Of a stretch of 64,000 nucleotides of DNA, positions 1 to 13,964 are shown one piece after another. The first letter of the stretch is position 1. The number at the start of each line of letters is the position of its first letter. The DNA lies in the NCBI GenBank assembly GCA_047495785.1, contig JBLDXI010000013.1:2294001-2358000 (forward strand). The letters are read 5' to 3'. The position numbers were made by a program, and so were the translations under genes. This DNA comes from Lepidodermella squamata (lineage: Eukaryota; Animalia; Gastrotricha). The notes below the pieces were generated by a model. The model had not been told where the DNA came from. It worked only from the letters and a program-made list of their open reading frames with translations, and made no database searches.

Positions 1-287
1 TAACATTCATGAGGTAAATTTCAAAGAAAATGTCAGCAGGTGGATTTGTCCTAAATATCACGTTATATATGACTTATTTAGGTCAAATAACGAAGTACAA
101 ACCATTGTCTGAAGCTCTCAGAACTTGGCCTCAGCACTAGAGCATCCGCAAGTTTTGTTCTAACAATGTTGTCCAAGAAGAATATGCTTCCCACTCCGAT
201 TCCAAAAACACAGAGACCGATAAATAACAGTAAATACAAGTACCAAGAAGTGGACAATTGGCTGTTGGGCGAGCCAAAACAGCCCAT
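1..287 (-). CDS. CD36/scavenger receptor class B family protein, 5' part (runs off window start)
   Basis: Exon 287-103 gives MGCFGS...LLLFIGLCVFGIGVGSIFF (TM)...LVLRPSSESFRQW. A 52-bp intron (102-51) joins it to TNPPADIFFEIYLMNV, matching the CD36 N-terminal pattern L.P.S..F..W..PP...Y..NV. Confidence 0.8.
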
Positions 288-1402
288 ATCTGCAAAATGA
301 TAGCGAGAGATAATAAATTTCAATTCGAAATCCTCGAACCAACCTTTCATTTTCGTTTTCATGTCTCAGCTAAAGTAATGTCACCCTCATAATAAAGTTG
401 AGGCGACCTACTAAAACATAAACGTCCCTATCAGTCAGTAAACAAGACGGGTAAATAACACAATACTACTCCAAGAGCATAATCGAAGATAATTTTAAAA
501 TCTTAAAGCAACAAGCATGAAGGATGTCGATAGGTAAGTATGAGAAGTTACAAGATTGCAGCATACTTAATTAGTAAAGAAGTGTTGCTCCTCGCGATTC
601 AAGTAAACGCACTTGGGACTCAGAGAGGGCGGTACGGTATGCGAGCACCGAGTGAAAAGCAGTAACAGGCAATAGAAAACATGTTTGACAATGAAGAGTT
701 GTGATTCCTGACATTCAGAGTACTCCTTACTACCTAGGCGTTAGGACAACACTACAACCTGACAAAAGATCAACAAAAATCTCGGCTGTTTTTGTTCTCG
801 ATTTGAAAATGAATTTGTTATGAATTGTTGCCTTAAACAGCTTATATGACTATTAGCTAAATTTAAAAAGGTCTAATTAGGCTTCCTGGGCATAATAATA
901 AAAAATAGTCTTTTCACGCGACCTTGACGCCAATGATCAAAGTAACGGATTTGTTTTCGGGCCAATTTTTTTCTCTGTTGCAAAAGCCATCCAATTTAGG
1001 CCTGGCTGTGATCATCTGTGATCCGGCATCTGGGCTGTTCAATGTGGAATCTGAGTTTTCAAGTGACAAATATTCTCGCCTTTTCCATTTTTTTGGAGAG
1101 TGATGTTAAAAATAAGCTATCGCTGTTATCTCTGCGATTCCTTTCTCATTTCTCAATCAGCTATTTACCCTTCCACTTTTTCGCCATAAGTCAACTGTGA
1201 AAATCGAGTTACGTCTGCCGTCTGCAGTTATCCACCTTTGTCTATCGTCTACATTAAATCTGCATTGCACGACTAACAGAGCCGCTTTGACTGTATTTAG
1301 TGTGAATGAAATTGTTGATTAGGGATGCTGTCTTTTACGGATGCTTACTCTTTTGCTTCATGTTTGTGTAGGTTGTGATTTTTAGTTGATGAGGGTCGCC
1401 AA

Positions 1403-4400
1403 ATGAAGCCTGCTGCTCTTCCTGACGAGCGCTCTAGAGGTCATCGAGATCTGCTGGTGACTTCGGACGCTGGCTACTTCGGAATAACGATTAGTAACGA
1501 AAGTCCCGCTGTCGTTGACAACGTGAAACCAGGTAATTATCGGTTCTGTGACGGCATTCGTCCACTGTACACTTTTGTCTATTTAGGTGGACCTGCTGAT
1601 AATGCCGGTTTACGAAAAGGAGATAAAATTGTATTGGTGAACAGTATTGACGTGACTGGTCAAAGTCACAAGGCTGTTGTTGAGCTTATTAAATGTAATT
1701 TTGAAAATTCCTCCCCTCTCTATTGGATCTAAATTTTTGTTACTTCAGCACATTCCTCGGTGACTCTGCGGGTGGTCAGCACACTGGCACTAAGCTCAGA
1801 TGGCGTTTTTTCAGAAAAAGCTCCTGAAATTGCATCTATTCAAGTTCCTCCAGTTGCTCAGCCGCATCCCGGTTCGATCAAATCAACAGCTGCTCATTCT
1901 GATCATCCAGAGACAGAAGTAACTGACTCAGCAAGTACCGGTGGTTTGCTAAAGTCAGTCAAACGTTGGGGCACATTTCATGCACCAAGGTATGTATGAA
2001 TTAACACGTCAGTAGAAATCAGTCAATGGTCTTTATCTTATCTGGACATCGATAACTATACTGGAATTCGGTCACGTTTTTATTGACGACTTGCATTTGC
2101 TTTTCAGAAATGATGACAAAAAGCCGCCAAAGAACAAGGGGAAGAAAGATCAACAACGAAATAAGACTCAAGTAGTTGCCGACTTGATTTCGGCACCTGT
2201 TGCATTGGTAAATTTTCAAGAGGAAGCCTATCATACCAAGTTGGCTACCCTCCAGCAATACTACGAGCGGTTAAAATTGTCTAACTCCTCCGACCCTGCC
2301 CACGCGGCAATGCTTCGACAAATTGAAGAGCAAATTAAAATGCACATTCAACACAAAGCAAGCCCCGGTTTTGCTCACAACGGCAATTCTGCCTCGTCAT
2401 CAGCGCTCACTGCTAGCATTCAATCTGAGGACGAAAACCGGCATAGCACCATATCTCTACCCGATTCGGCCGAGGACAGTCATCTTGTTTTTGAATCGGT
2501 TTGAATATAAAAACTAGTAGCTTTTTACTCTTAATGATAGGCGTAATTTCAGATCGAGGGTGCCAGAAGAATGATTAAATCTCATCATGAATTTTCCGAC
2601 TCTGGCAGCGGTCTTGAGACCAGTGGCATCATTTCTTCTGGACAATTTCTCGGACCGGCGAAAGTTCGTGCCTCGGCTTCATTGAACGATTTAATGGAAG
2701 AGCCTAGTTCACTGAGTGAAGAGTCGCAAAAAGCCGACGATGATAAGCTAACGTTAGACGACAACTCTATTCGATCGTCTTCTTCTGGCGTAATTTGCGG
2801 TACTATTGATTCGTCGCAGCACTCTGGCATCGGGTCGCAAAAAGCTCCTTCGATGGCTGACAATTTGAACTCAAAAGCTCGCTTAAATGTCATGAATCGA
2901 ATCAAGGTTTGTTGTTGAGAATCTTGATTGATTGCTAATAATGGTGATTGAAATTGAACGCACTTAATAGGAAGGGTTTATGCGAAGGTTTTCTCTTCCG
3001 GTGGCAACGGTATTTCTTGCTTATAATTTTACGAGCTTTTTCTGAGTGGAGTGTAGCTTTTTCTAACTGAAACATTTGAGTTTACTAGACCTATCTAGCT
3101 ACCTTAGACTAGCGATTTGTTGCTTTTTTGTTTCTTCCTTTATTCCTTACGAATGTTGATTTACTGCATGAGCTTCGTAGAGATTTCAAGTGGATTCACG
3201 CTTTTTTCTATTTTTCAGAAGCGAAGTAATTCCAGTGACGATGTGCATCTGCGAAGCGGTGATCAGGAGAATCATTTCCATGAAAGAAATGACGCGTCCG
3301 ATTCGCATTCAGTGAACAATCAAGAGGAAGATTTGAATGGCTATCATTCAGAAGATGGCGCCAAGCCCGGTCCAAAGCCGGCCGATGAAACATTAGTCGG
3401 AGACGATGAATTTCTTAATAGCCTTATGAACCCAGAAAGCAACGCGCCTGCTGTGGAGGTTAATCGGCCGCCAAACCTGGCTATCATGAATTTTGACGAA
3501 GATCCGAGCGGTCCACAGCCTACTGCGAAATTCCCGACGATTATCGCTATGGAGAGTCCGAATGACCACGAAAATCCGGACATCTTACGCCATCAATCAA
3601 CTTCCAGTTTTGCGAGTCACTCGGCGTTTCAGGACGCCAGCAATTTATCGCGCCACCCAAGCCACTGTCTCATCGTCTTGCGGTTCATGTACTCGCGCGA
3701 CACGCAGTCATCGCTGCTTTTCTTCTTGATATCGAGCAAATATTTGGCGCCGAAAGGGCCGGATAATGGTCGTGAAAAAATGAGCTGGGCCACAGAACTA
3801 CATTCGACGTTCACGGCATTGAATTGCGTAAGTATCCATTTACTATCCTGTTGAACAAATTTTGATGAAACGCCTTAATTTTTAGCCCTGGCCGATTCCT
3901 GGAGTTCCGGATCCGTGTCGTCTTCAAGCTGAGCTGTGTTTCCGCAATGGAAATAGCCACCAACACGTCGACGATTTCTTAAGGCAAGCCCGGCTTGTTT
4001 GTGAACAGAAAATTAACCGAGAGCTCGAACAATTCCGAGAAAGCGTTCGCCAGGGTTTTGGCGACCATTACGGCGTGCATTTGCTGGATGAATCAAACAA
4101 TGTCGACAAAATTATGGACGAGCTGTGGATGAAGCCAATTGAACAACTTCGGTAATTTTATTGAGAAGCTTGCAATATTCAAAAAATAACTTGAACGAAA
4201 AATTAATCAAGACATACCAGCAGAATTTTATTCTTTGATCGGAAAAGGTAGTTTTAGACTTCTTTAATTAAACTGCACCAGTTTTATTATAATGCACAAG
4301 CATGACTACTAAATTGTTTGCTTTGTCACTGTAGCCGAAAAAATGCACAGATTTGACCGATTTTTTCTGTTATTGAACTTGTCTTCCGCGATTTTTCAGC

Positions 4401-7400
4401 CGAGATGAGGCAGAGAAGACTCGTGTTTTACTCTCCGCGATTTGCACGGTTTTCTCAATGTTCAAATGCCGGCCGTCTCTCTACGATCGCTGGGCGGTGA
4501 AGCTGTTCTGTGAGCCTACTCGGAAAATCAAAAAGCTCGAGTCGAAAAAGGCGCGGAACCACTCATGCACTGAGTTCATCTACTACAATTACCCGAACAG
4601 CTGTGCCTACTGCCAAAAAATCTTCTTCGGCCCTAACTGCCAGGCCATGCGTTGCGAGCAGTGCAGTCTCGATTTTCACGAGGCGTGTTTGGCTAATCTT
4701 ACGACGGAATGCGCGCGCAAGAAGCCGAGCAAGGGCATGCCGGCGACCGTCGGCCAGAAATCTGGCTCGAAACTGGCCGGGCAAATGCGCGACGCGCATC
4801 ATTCGACAATTATCGAACCTAGCGACCGGTCGGGTAGCCCCGAGAATGAACAGCCAATGTCGCCGACGATGATTTGGTCGAGCGGGCTCGAATCACTACT
4901 ATCTCCAAGTGATGAAGAGTTGGCCGAGGATGACCAGCAATTGGACCCTGCCACGTGCTATCACAGATCGCATCAACGCGAAATGACCGAACGCGAACAA
5001 CGACGGCAATGCGCTATTCACGGTAAAAATAATTGAATTTAAACAAATTAAGGTGGATTTTTTTAATTTTCTGTTTTTCTTTACCTAAGAATTATGGCGT
5101 GTTCAATTGTGTCATCTATACAAATTGCGGCTACTTCACGACAAAGTGCTACTGCGAGTGCAACAATTTAACGACCCTAACTGGTCCGAATCGATACGAC
5201 AATTATTCCCGAACCTGCCTCGGCTGATTCAGGAACATTCGAACTTGTATAAGATTTTGAAAGAGCGCCACAGTACACAGTGCCCTATCCAGACTATCGG
5301 CGATGTTTTGATGGATTTCGTTTCAAGCGATCGATATCGCGAGTTTGTCAACGTTGTCGCTGAATGCCTCGAGGCGCAGGCCGAGTTTGACAAATTGTGG
5401 CAGAAACTTCGGTCCGAAAAGCGATTCCTTGATTTTATCGGTGAAATCGAGCGAAATCCGTTGATGATTCGGCGGCGGAGGCAGGTCGAGGGGTTGAAAG
5501 TGGCCGAGATGCAATTGATCGCTAGGTATCACCTACTGATCGATGGCATTATAAAGCTGACAGAGGACGAGACTGAGCTGGCGAATCTTCGGGAGGCCAA
5601 AATCCGGTTCACTCAGCTGCCTGATGAAGTCAATACGCGAGTTGGCAAGGCGGAGAAGAGGCAACAAAAGCGCGAGCTCGAGGATAGCCTAGTAATTATG
5701 GACAACCGCCTCATCAAAGCTTTCCCGGTTAGAATTTATTACAAATTATTTCGAGGAAATTCTATGAATTGATAAATAAAAACAAGTATCTGTGCAATTA
5801 TTTCTTGAGAAATGGAGAAAAATTCCACAATTTTCGGATGAGGATTTTAAAATTTTTATTCTCTGTAATTGCTAAACTAACATAATTATCGCATTAAATC
5901 GAAAATAGACTAAATTAGTCAGCATTCAGCTCATTCTATCTTGGTTTAAACCAAAAATGGCAAACATTCGGGGGCAAATTTGCGTTAAAATTTGGAGGTG
6001 GAACCCCAATTTAGACCCTTGAAAAACCGATTTTTGCATATTTTGAGGAGGTTTCGAATTTCTTGAAATGAAGGATTTAATTGAACTTTCAATAACTGTC
6101 TTCTTTATGCTATTTTTATAATTTCAGTTTCTCGAGTCTCCGAAAACGACGTTGGGCGAGTTGATTCACTGTGGCGATTTGAGCTGGAAACTGCCTACCG
6201 TCACAGTCCCGGTTCGTGTATATCTCTTCGCCACCGGTATCGTGCTAATCTGCGGCAAACGAGGCGCGCGAATGGAACTCGATCTCCATAAATTCCAGCC
6301 GAACGCGCCCGATCGCCAGGAGAACACGGCGCCGAACCAGGGCGGCAGTGCGTTCTACCAGGCGCCGCCATCTCAGCTGCAAAAATTCCAAATGGCGCCC
6401 ATTGAATTCTGCCCTGTGATTGAAATCGGCCCGAAAACGGTGATCAACGGAACGCGCGAGGCGTCGTCGCGCGAACGCATCGACATTCAACCGCCGAAAT
6501 CTGAGACGAAACTCGGCGCGTACCTGCCCTACCGGTTTTGCTTCCTGGAATGCGGGCCGAAGGACGCCTATTCGCAATGGGAAGAATGGACGCATTATTT
6601 GAAGCAAATTCAAAACGGCCAGCCGATAACTAGGTTCAAACCAGCGCCGAAGCCCAGCCAACAATTGTCCCATTCTGGGTCAAATGTCAGCTCGGGCAGT
6701 GTTGGATCCGGGTCGACCAACCCTATTTCGCCGCAACCGATGACTTCAACGCTGAGTAGCAGCAATATCAGCTCGTTAGCCGCGACCAGCAGCGACACCC
6801 TAGCGCCACCAGGCGGGTCGGAAACGGTCGATTCAGCCGAGCCTCGCAACTCGACGCCATGTGAAGAACAGCCGGATGAGCTGGTCATAGCCGATCAGCC
6901 CCGTACGAGTGAAGTTTCGGTGACTGATAACGATGTGGTCGATGCTGAGCTGCCGGCTAATGATTCGTTTTTCGCGAGTGGCGACCGCCGCAGTTCGTCG
7001 TCGCCTATTATCAGAGCAGCTTCGCTACCGGTTGGGGGTTCGCCGCATCATCTCGCTAACACGTCGTTTCAATCGAATGCAACAGACCCGTTGCTAACCC
7101 AGGAATTCGTCAGTATGTTCGGCTTCCGCGATGCAAAGGAGATGCTTCAAGTTGGAAATTTCGTAAGTCCAAATTTTCATGTTTACTCTGAAAAATTTAG
7201 ATATAATCAAGTAAATTTTTGGTGGTCATTAATTTTTTGTTTTGAAGATTTTGGGCCTGTACATTTAATTTCGCTGGATTTGAATTCGGTTTTAGGTTGG
7301 CCGCAGAGATAAAATTTATTTATTTTAATTATAATTAATAATCGGTGTTTTTATTTTGGAATTTTCGCAAAAACACCGAATTTAAAGATCAAACCACCAA

Positions 7401-8308
7401 AATTAATGACCACCAAAAATTAATAGATATACTATATAACAGTGAAAAGTGAGTTTTTGCGTGAATTCGAAATTTACAAAAAGTATAATTCAAGAAATTC
7501 GAATGCAAAAATTCGCCAAACCTCAATTTTTCACTCATTTCAAATACGGGTTTCTTGTGGTTAATTAATCTCAATTTTTCGTGATTTTCTGTGTTTTTGT
7601 CGCATTTCAATGATTGGGTAGGTTGATAAATTTCGAAAATATTTTTAACACGGATATGAACTTATCAATTGTTGTGCCGACATCAAACTTGATTTAGCTT
7701 CCGGTGTCACAATATGCATGAGCAAATTTTTTATGCATGAAAATTCACGTGATATTTGTTCCGGTGATTTCAGTCGGTTAAGGTGTATTATGGGACCAGG
7801 GAAACGCCTGATTTTTTATATTGTTACGCCAATAAAAAGTCACATTCTTCAGTTTGGTTTCGGGTTTTGCATGGTTATTCAATATTTTTGTCCATTTTAG
7901 CTTTTGCATAAGCCTTTGCCGGCTCATTCGCCTCTCACACGGACCGCCTCGCCCAAGTTTTCTTTCCCAACCGTTGGTGCTCTGATGTCGCCGAAATCGC
8001 CGACGGAGCTTCACGAACACCTACTCTGCCTAACCCTCGAAATCAACAAACTCGCTTCATTGGCCGTTCAAAGCCAGAATACAAGTCATTACGGCACGCC
8101 GCCGACCAGCGGAAGTCGAGTCTCGTTTTCGGCCGGAACTTCGACCTCGCCGGGCGTCGAACGGCCGCCAGAATCGCCGGACCAGCTCGAACAATCGATC
8201 ACCGCCCTGCGACGCCGGCTCGAAATCGTCGTCCAAATGTCGTCAGCCCGGGCCTCGCGGTCGGCGACGACCACCGAAAACTCCGATACACCGCCGATTC
8301 CTCTTTGA
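1403..8308 (+). CDS. RhoGEF2/ARHGEF11-12-like Rho GEF (PDZ, RGS-like, C1, DH, PH), multi-exon
   Basis: PDZ (YFGITIS...GGPADNAGLRKGDKIVLVN), RGS-like region (~3640-4460), C1 (H..CAYC..C..C..H..C, ~4560-4720), DH (EREQRRQCAIHELW...MQLIARYHLLI...EVN), PH (LIHCGDLSW...VRVYLF). This order matches invertebrate RhoGEF2/RHGF-1. Confidence 0.85.
7214..7421. repeat. Intronic inverted repeats
   Basis: AATTTTTGGTGGTCATTAATTTT (7214-7236) is the reverse complement of 7399-7421. A small hairpin TCGGTGTTTTT/AAAAACACCGA lies inside at 7342-7379. Confidence 0.7.
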
Positions 8309-9327
8309 TAGCCTTGTTTCTCCCGATATTTAATGGAAAAAATGCATATATAAGCGCAGAAATTGTCTTTTCACTTCACTTCAGTTGAACGCAAATTTGT
8401 GCAAGGATAGCCACAATTGTTTCTGCTTCAAGTCGCATGTCTTTTTTCTTCTTTTTGCTGCAGAATCAAATTTTCAGGCTTCCTGTGTTGAAAAAAGCAA
8501 TAATTTAAACACTGCTCCAAAATTGATAGCCTTTTTACTACGCTACGTTCCTTGCAAAGCCTGCCTTTCATCATCAAATTTCGTAAACTTATCCTCTTCG
8601 CCGTTTGGTTGTATAACTCTCTTGATGCAAGGTTGTCAGGAAATCAGGGTCATTTTCTTGTTTTTTTTGTACGCCATATTGACAAACTCCGGGATTTTTA
8701 ATAACAATTTCCAGCAAAATCTATGCAATAATTTTTTACTTATTCCGATACATAGAGAATAAAGTATTTTCTGGAAGCAAGAATCCCGCTGTTATTTTGC
8801 CATGGCCAACGGCACATTACCTGTTCAAGTGCTTTGATGTAGCCTTTTTGCGCGTTGTCCTGATCTGTCCTAATTAATATCTGCTATTCTTTTATTAAAA
8901 AATTCTGATCAATTTAATTCTATATACATTCGATAATTTTTCTCGCGTGTGATCGATCCGAAATTTGCATATTTGATGTGAAATCGAACTGCTATGATAC
9001 AAGTGCTATGGTTGTAAAGATGAAAATAACTACTACAACGACGATTTTTTTGCTGCAAGAACGAAATTAACCATTTAATTGACTTATATATTCAATTTAT
9101 TAAAAATTGATGCTTCAATATTATAATTAATGATGACATATGCATTTTTGTCACGAGTCTTGTTATAGTATGTTTCGAAAAGTCATTTCTTATTAAAAAT
9201 TCAAATTATTATAATATTCTATTATAACTATCAAGAACAATACGCCGTGTCATTGTCTAGTAAAATTTGAAATAATAAAAATCGATTCAAGTGCTACATG
9301 ATGAGGATCTTTTTCCGATAAAATTGT

Positions 9328-11089
9328 TCAACCCCAGTAGTCGTAGTTTCGGTACTGCTGGCCGGGTGGCAGCCCGTCGGCGAGGGTTGTGCAGAAGTTG
9401 CAGCTGACGCCCCACACAGCGAGGCCTATAATGAACACGAAACCGGTGAGCATAGCGGCGATAGCGAGGAAAATTGCTGCGCGGTAAGACGCGCGGGTGC
9501 CGTAGTTTTGGCACGCCAGCGCGACTGCGGGAATGGCGCATATCCAGCCTCCGCATATCAGGGAGGTGAGTGATAGCGGTATGGCGGCTGATCGTAAACA
9601 CTTGGTCTCATGGCCACCTGGTAGCAATACAACACGAAACGTCATAAATTTCTGAAAATCGAATTCTATAGCTGCTGTATATTAATATAGGTAAAAGTCA
9701 AAAAAGGGTTCACTAAAGGTTCACTAAAGGGTTCATCTTTTTCCGTTCGAACTCACAAGGAAACGCACTACCGCCAATTCTTGGTGTGATCTTTTTGCAC
9801 AAATTATGAACCATTACTTTGCAAAAAATGCAGCGATGATACATAATTATTAGCTCTTGTTCACACAAAGTTCAATCAGGATCAGGGTAAAATTCTATTT
9901 TCGACTTTAGTAGCTTGGGCTTATGTACCTTATTCCATATTCCCATTGTAACCAGTGTACAGACTCTTTAAACATTTCCCTCTTGCAATAATAGCAGGGA
10001 GGCTGAATGGCTACCACCGTCATAAGGCTACAATTCCATGTGGAACTTATTGAGAACATCTTTAAAACACGTACCTAAGCGTCCAATTGGACCATCCTTA
10101 AGAAAAAAATAGCTAAGATATTCAGTTATTGAAGATATTTTTCATGATTATAGAAGCTATCGAAAGCACAGTTTGATAGGAATAGATGATGGCTAGATAA
10201 AAATAAGTTTTCTATTTCGCATTCAAGTTTTATTCAGCTTCGTGCGGAATGTGTTGTTAGATACTGCACTACGGATATTCTAATGTTAAGGATGTCATTT
10301 TAGGGTGAAAGCTAAGTCAAATTTGTTATTGGCGATATTCAATCAATCGAAGTTATTCCCAGCCGCCTTAAACATGTAAGAAACATGTAAGAAGAAGACT
10401 GGCGCCTAGAAATTCCCGAATTGACTGCACAATGTCTGTCTATTAAGAGTTGTTTAATAATGGAAGGCTTAGGATCAAGACAATTTATTCATATCCCCGA
10501 AGCTGAATAGAAAATCCCTGAAAGTTTTTTCCCGGGTATTTTTAATCAATTGATCATCTGCGGAGTTGGAGCTTTGAAGCTATAAGGTTCCGATGTAGCT
10601 TTGATGGTCGCATGAGTCGCCTTGAAAATTTAATTTATCAACCCCGTCCACTGAATTCTTTTCTGAATTCTTTTACTCTTAGATGAAATTTTTTGATATT
10701 TTCTAACTGTACCGAAGATTTTCAAAAATAATAAGGAAGAGAGGAACATGACAGGTGAATAACTCGGAAGAATATTTGCGTGATAAATAATGAATGGCCG
10801 CGGTAATAAATTTTACTGGCCCCAATAGCCGTCAATGCGAATAAGAATTAATAGTTCAGGAATTCCGTCAATTTCTCTAACCTGGGATTGGCGAGGGTTC
10901 GTTGCAGCAGCAGTCACATGGATCGTCGTAGTAGTAGTCACGATGCCTCGGCACAGCATAAACAGCACGTCCTCTCGGGTAATACGGTGGCGCCATAGGA
11001 ATGTAAACTGGGACATTAGTGAGGATCGGCGGAACCGGATGTTCGGTGGAAACCACGATACCAGGCTGAGCCTGGATTGGCGAAAACAT
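9328..11089 (-). CDS. Proline-rich transmembrane protein, CD225/dispanin-like (2 exons: 11089-10882, 9617-9328)
   Basis: Pro/Tyr-rich exon ending ...CDCCCNEPSPIP joins in phase 1 (G|gttaga...ctaccag|GT) to GGHETK...LSLTSLICGGWICAIPAVALA...RASYRAAIFLAIAAMLTGFVFII, two hydrophobic segments with CD225-like spacing. Confidence 0.55.
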
Positions 11090-11373
11090 TTTAGGCTCTC
11101 TTTTAGCTGTATGTTGCAGGAAAAAATTACGCGTTATATCCGGGTGAAGTAAGTAGCGACTTGTTTTGCGGCCAAAAACACGCATAGCGTATCTATTATA
11201 GCCGCAAAAACGTCGCGTCAACACGTCGTCCTTAGCGAATAAACAACACTTGGTTCAACAAAAAATGTCTGTTTATTTTTACAATATTATACCGCACATC
11301 GGTAGCTTTTTTTCGCAAATTTTTCATAAATAAAAGAGCGAATAAATAGTTTTCTCAAAAAATGAAATGTACT

Positions 11374-11847
11374 TCAATTTTTCCGCGGCAAGTTCTTGCT
11401 CGTTGACAGGCAATTTTTCACATTGATGTCATCATCGTCAAGTGATAAGCATTCGTCAAGCGTTCTGGAAAAATATCGAATATATAATAATTCAAGATCG
11501 AAATTTAAATTCAAAACGAACAATTTTAATTTTAGGAGATCAACAAGAGGCTCGTCGTCCAGCGAACTTATCGACGAGTTCGATGATCGCATCATCGACA
11601 ATGATGGGTAAAGGTAGTAGTAACATTGCGGTGGGGGTGACAGCTTCATAAGCGACGAGGCAGGGTGAGCCGAGGGTGGCAAGGGCGGTTTTTGAGGCGA
11701 AGGGGCCGTCGACCGTGGCAGTGATTCGTCTTCGTTGCTATTATTGTCGACATCTACCGACTCATTCCTCGAGACTAAAATGCTTTCGTAATAATGTGAC
11801 GAGCTCAAGTCGGCATTCTCCTTGTTTTCAGCCATCTTCCTAGCCAT
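11374..11847 (-). CDS. Hypothetical small acidic/Pro-Ser-rich protein
   Basis: Open frame from MARKMAENKEN with coding-like composition and a possible in-frame 57-bp intron (11521-11465). No recognisable domain. Confidence 0.35.
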   Translation of the reverse strand: MARKMAENKENADLSSSHYYESILVSRNESVDVDNNSNEDESLPRSTAPSPQKPPLPPSAHPASSLMKLSPPPQCYYYLYPSLSMMRSSNSSISSLDDEPLVDLLKLKLFVLNLNFDLELLYIRYFSRTLDECLSLDDDDINVKNCLSTSKNLPRKN

Positions 11848-13675
11848 GGTTAAAATATTAAATGTAACGCAATTAAAAGAACCGCAAATATAGTGGGCCT
11901 TCAAGGTGCGCACAAAAAGTGCAAAGGCAACAACTGGCGCGGCAATAGTTTTTTTGGAACGCAGTTGCACCAGGGACCTAAAGTTTTAGAAAGGTTCATA
12001 CGGCTCAATTCACTAGAAAAGGTTGATGGGCCGTAATTAATGATAATGCGGTATTAATACGTTTTTTTGCCATTAAGGCGTTTAATTGAAGAGAGTGCAC
12101 AAAAATACCAGCTGGACGGAGTGTAAAAAAGAACACTTTTGCGTGAGCAGCCGACTTAAAAGTGTGGGCTGAGCTGATAGTAGCGGCTCAGAGTGTATTT
12201 AATACACTTCCCTGGTTTATTGTGGGCATAGCTATAGGTATATAATATTATTTGTACATTATATGCTGGCCTGCGGGGCCGAGAGCGCGCAAAAAGGCCA
12301 GAGTAAATAAAATAATATTAAGAAAAAGGGTGAAAATGATAATATTATGCCATTTTCTGCCGACTTGATATAATCAAGAGCGAAAGCACGAGAGAGAGCG
12401 AGAGAGGGACGTGGATAGAGGTGAAAATGACATATGCCCATACTCGCCTTATTATATTACAATGAGAGGGATGTTGAAAGAAAGGCACTCGTGACGGGTA
12501 TGGAAATATCATACCCAGTAAGGTACTTGCTCTATTTGATTCGTTGTTACATTTATTGAGATTGGCTGGAGGCAAAACCAATACAGCGTGGCGAGTTCCC
12601 TGATATACAAAAGGTTTGTCCCATAGGGTTCAGACCGGGTACAATTTCTGGCTGACAAAGGATTTCGAACGCTATCGCGCGATTTTGCTTCAAAGATTGG
12701 TGGACCTCGAAGTATGGAGACAAAAACTATCAAATGCGTATAAACAAAACGCGGTTTATCTGCGAAAGCTATAAAATATGTAGAGGAAAATTATGCAAAA
12801 TTTATTTGCAGTAAAACTAGAAGTCTCCGGCAATTTCCGCAAAAAACATAAAATTGGAGTATAAAAATCTCCTAAGCGTAAATAATTCTTTTCCTCGTTG
12901 AATTTTCTATTACAAGTACAGCTTATAAAAGTTGAAAGCTGTATCGCAAAACGTACTAAAATTATTGCCTATACTGGCTGTTATTTTTCCGTGCGTCTCA
13001 AGTATTCCCTAAGGTGAGACATATCACAGGGCTATCAAGGTGACATCAAGTTTTGAGAGGGAAAGTTGACAATTTTCTCGGCAAACACTTCATCACAACA
13101 AACAATAATGCCCAAATGATCGTTGCGCACCAACAGAGTGTAAAGCGAAGTTCCTATTCAAAATACTGACAAAAGCAGATTTCAGTCTCGTGCTATGATA
13201 TGAAAAGAAAACAGATAATTAAGAGAAAAACAAAAGAAATAAAGCTGACTGCTGCTGACGATTAATTTCAAATTATAATCTGCAGGTGCCTAACAACTGC
13301 TGTATTGTTTTATTTCCCGCAAACTCAACAAAAAATCTAGCGCTGATACGTTATTTCAACTGCGAGATCTCTCGGTAGTAAAAATGGTGGCATAACAAAA
13401 AGGTTAAGAAACTCAGATTGTACACGGGGTTAATGAATGTTTTTTTTACAACGCCTTCAGGGGAATACTTTTTACAGCAGCGTGTGTACTACAACAACTA
13501 GTCAAATTTACTACAGAATATTTTTGAGTAAAAACTCATCAGTGTACATACGCCTCGAGTACGTTAAACTTGGCCACCTACTATGAGCAATAAAAATGTA
13601 AGAACAACACAGCGGTGGTGGTGGCCAGAAAACTAGCTACCTATTTGCACGCTCACTTGATTATATCGCGATATT

Positions 13676-13699
13676 ATGATGATGATGATGATGATGATG
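13676..13699. repeat. (ATG/GAT)n microsatellite
   Basis: About 8 perfect trinucleotide units. Confidence 0.9.
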
Positions 13700-13964
13700 T
13701 GCAATTCGCGCTTATGGATTTTTATGCGCCTAGTTTGTCAACTTTTAGTGTTGATGTTGAAGTGTGCCCGCGCTCTCGCTGAATGCTGAATGAGCGTCAT
13801 GCGCTGCATGATATATGCGCTGCTCACCCTTAATAGATATTTTTCTTTCAAAATTCATTTTTATTTGTAAAAAATTGTCATCTCTCGATAAAAAGCTATG
13901 AAGCGGAAAATTAGTGATAAAAATTACCGACTACAAGGAGGTGAAAAGCTGAGCTGTGCGATTT

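Noticed and set aside
8385-8762. 125-aa ORF after the RhoGEF
   Set aside because: Non-ATG start, AT-rich and motif-free; probably 3' UTR.
9706-10676. Short tandem duplications (GGTTCACTAAA, AAACATGTAAG, CTGAATTCTTTT) as a CRISPR-like array
   Set aside because: Only 2-3 adjacent units with no spacers; ordinary slippage in a eukaryotic intron.
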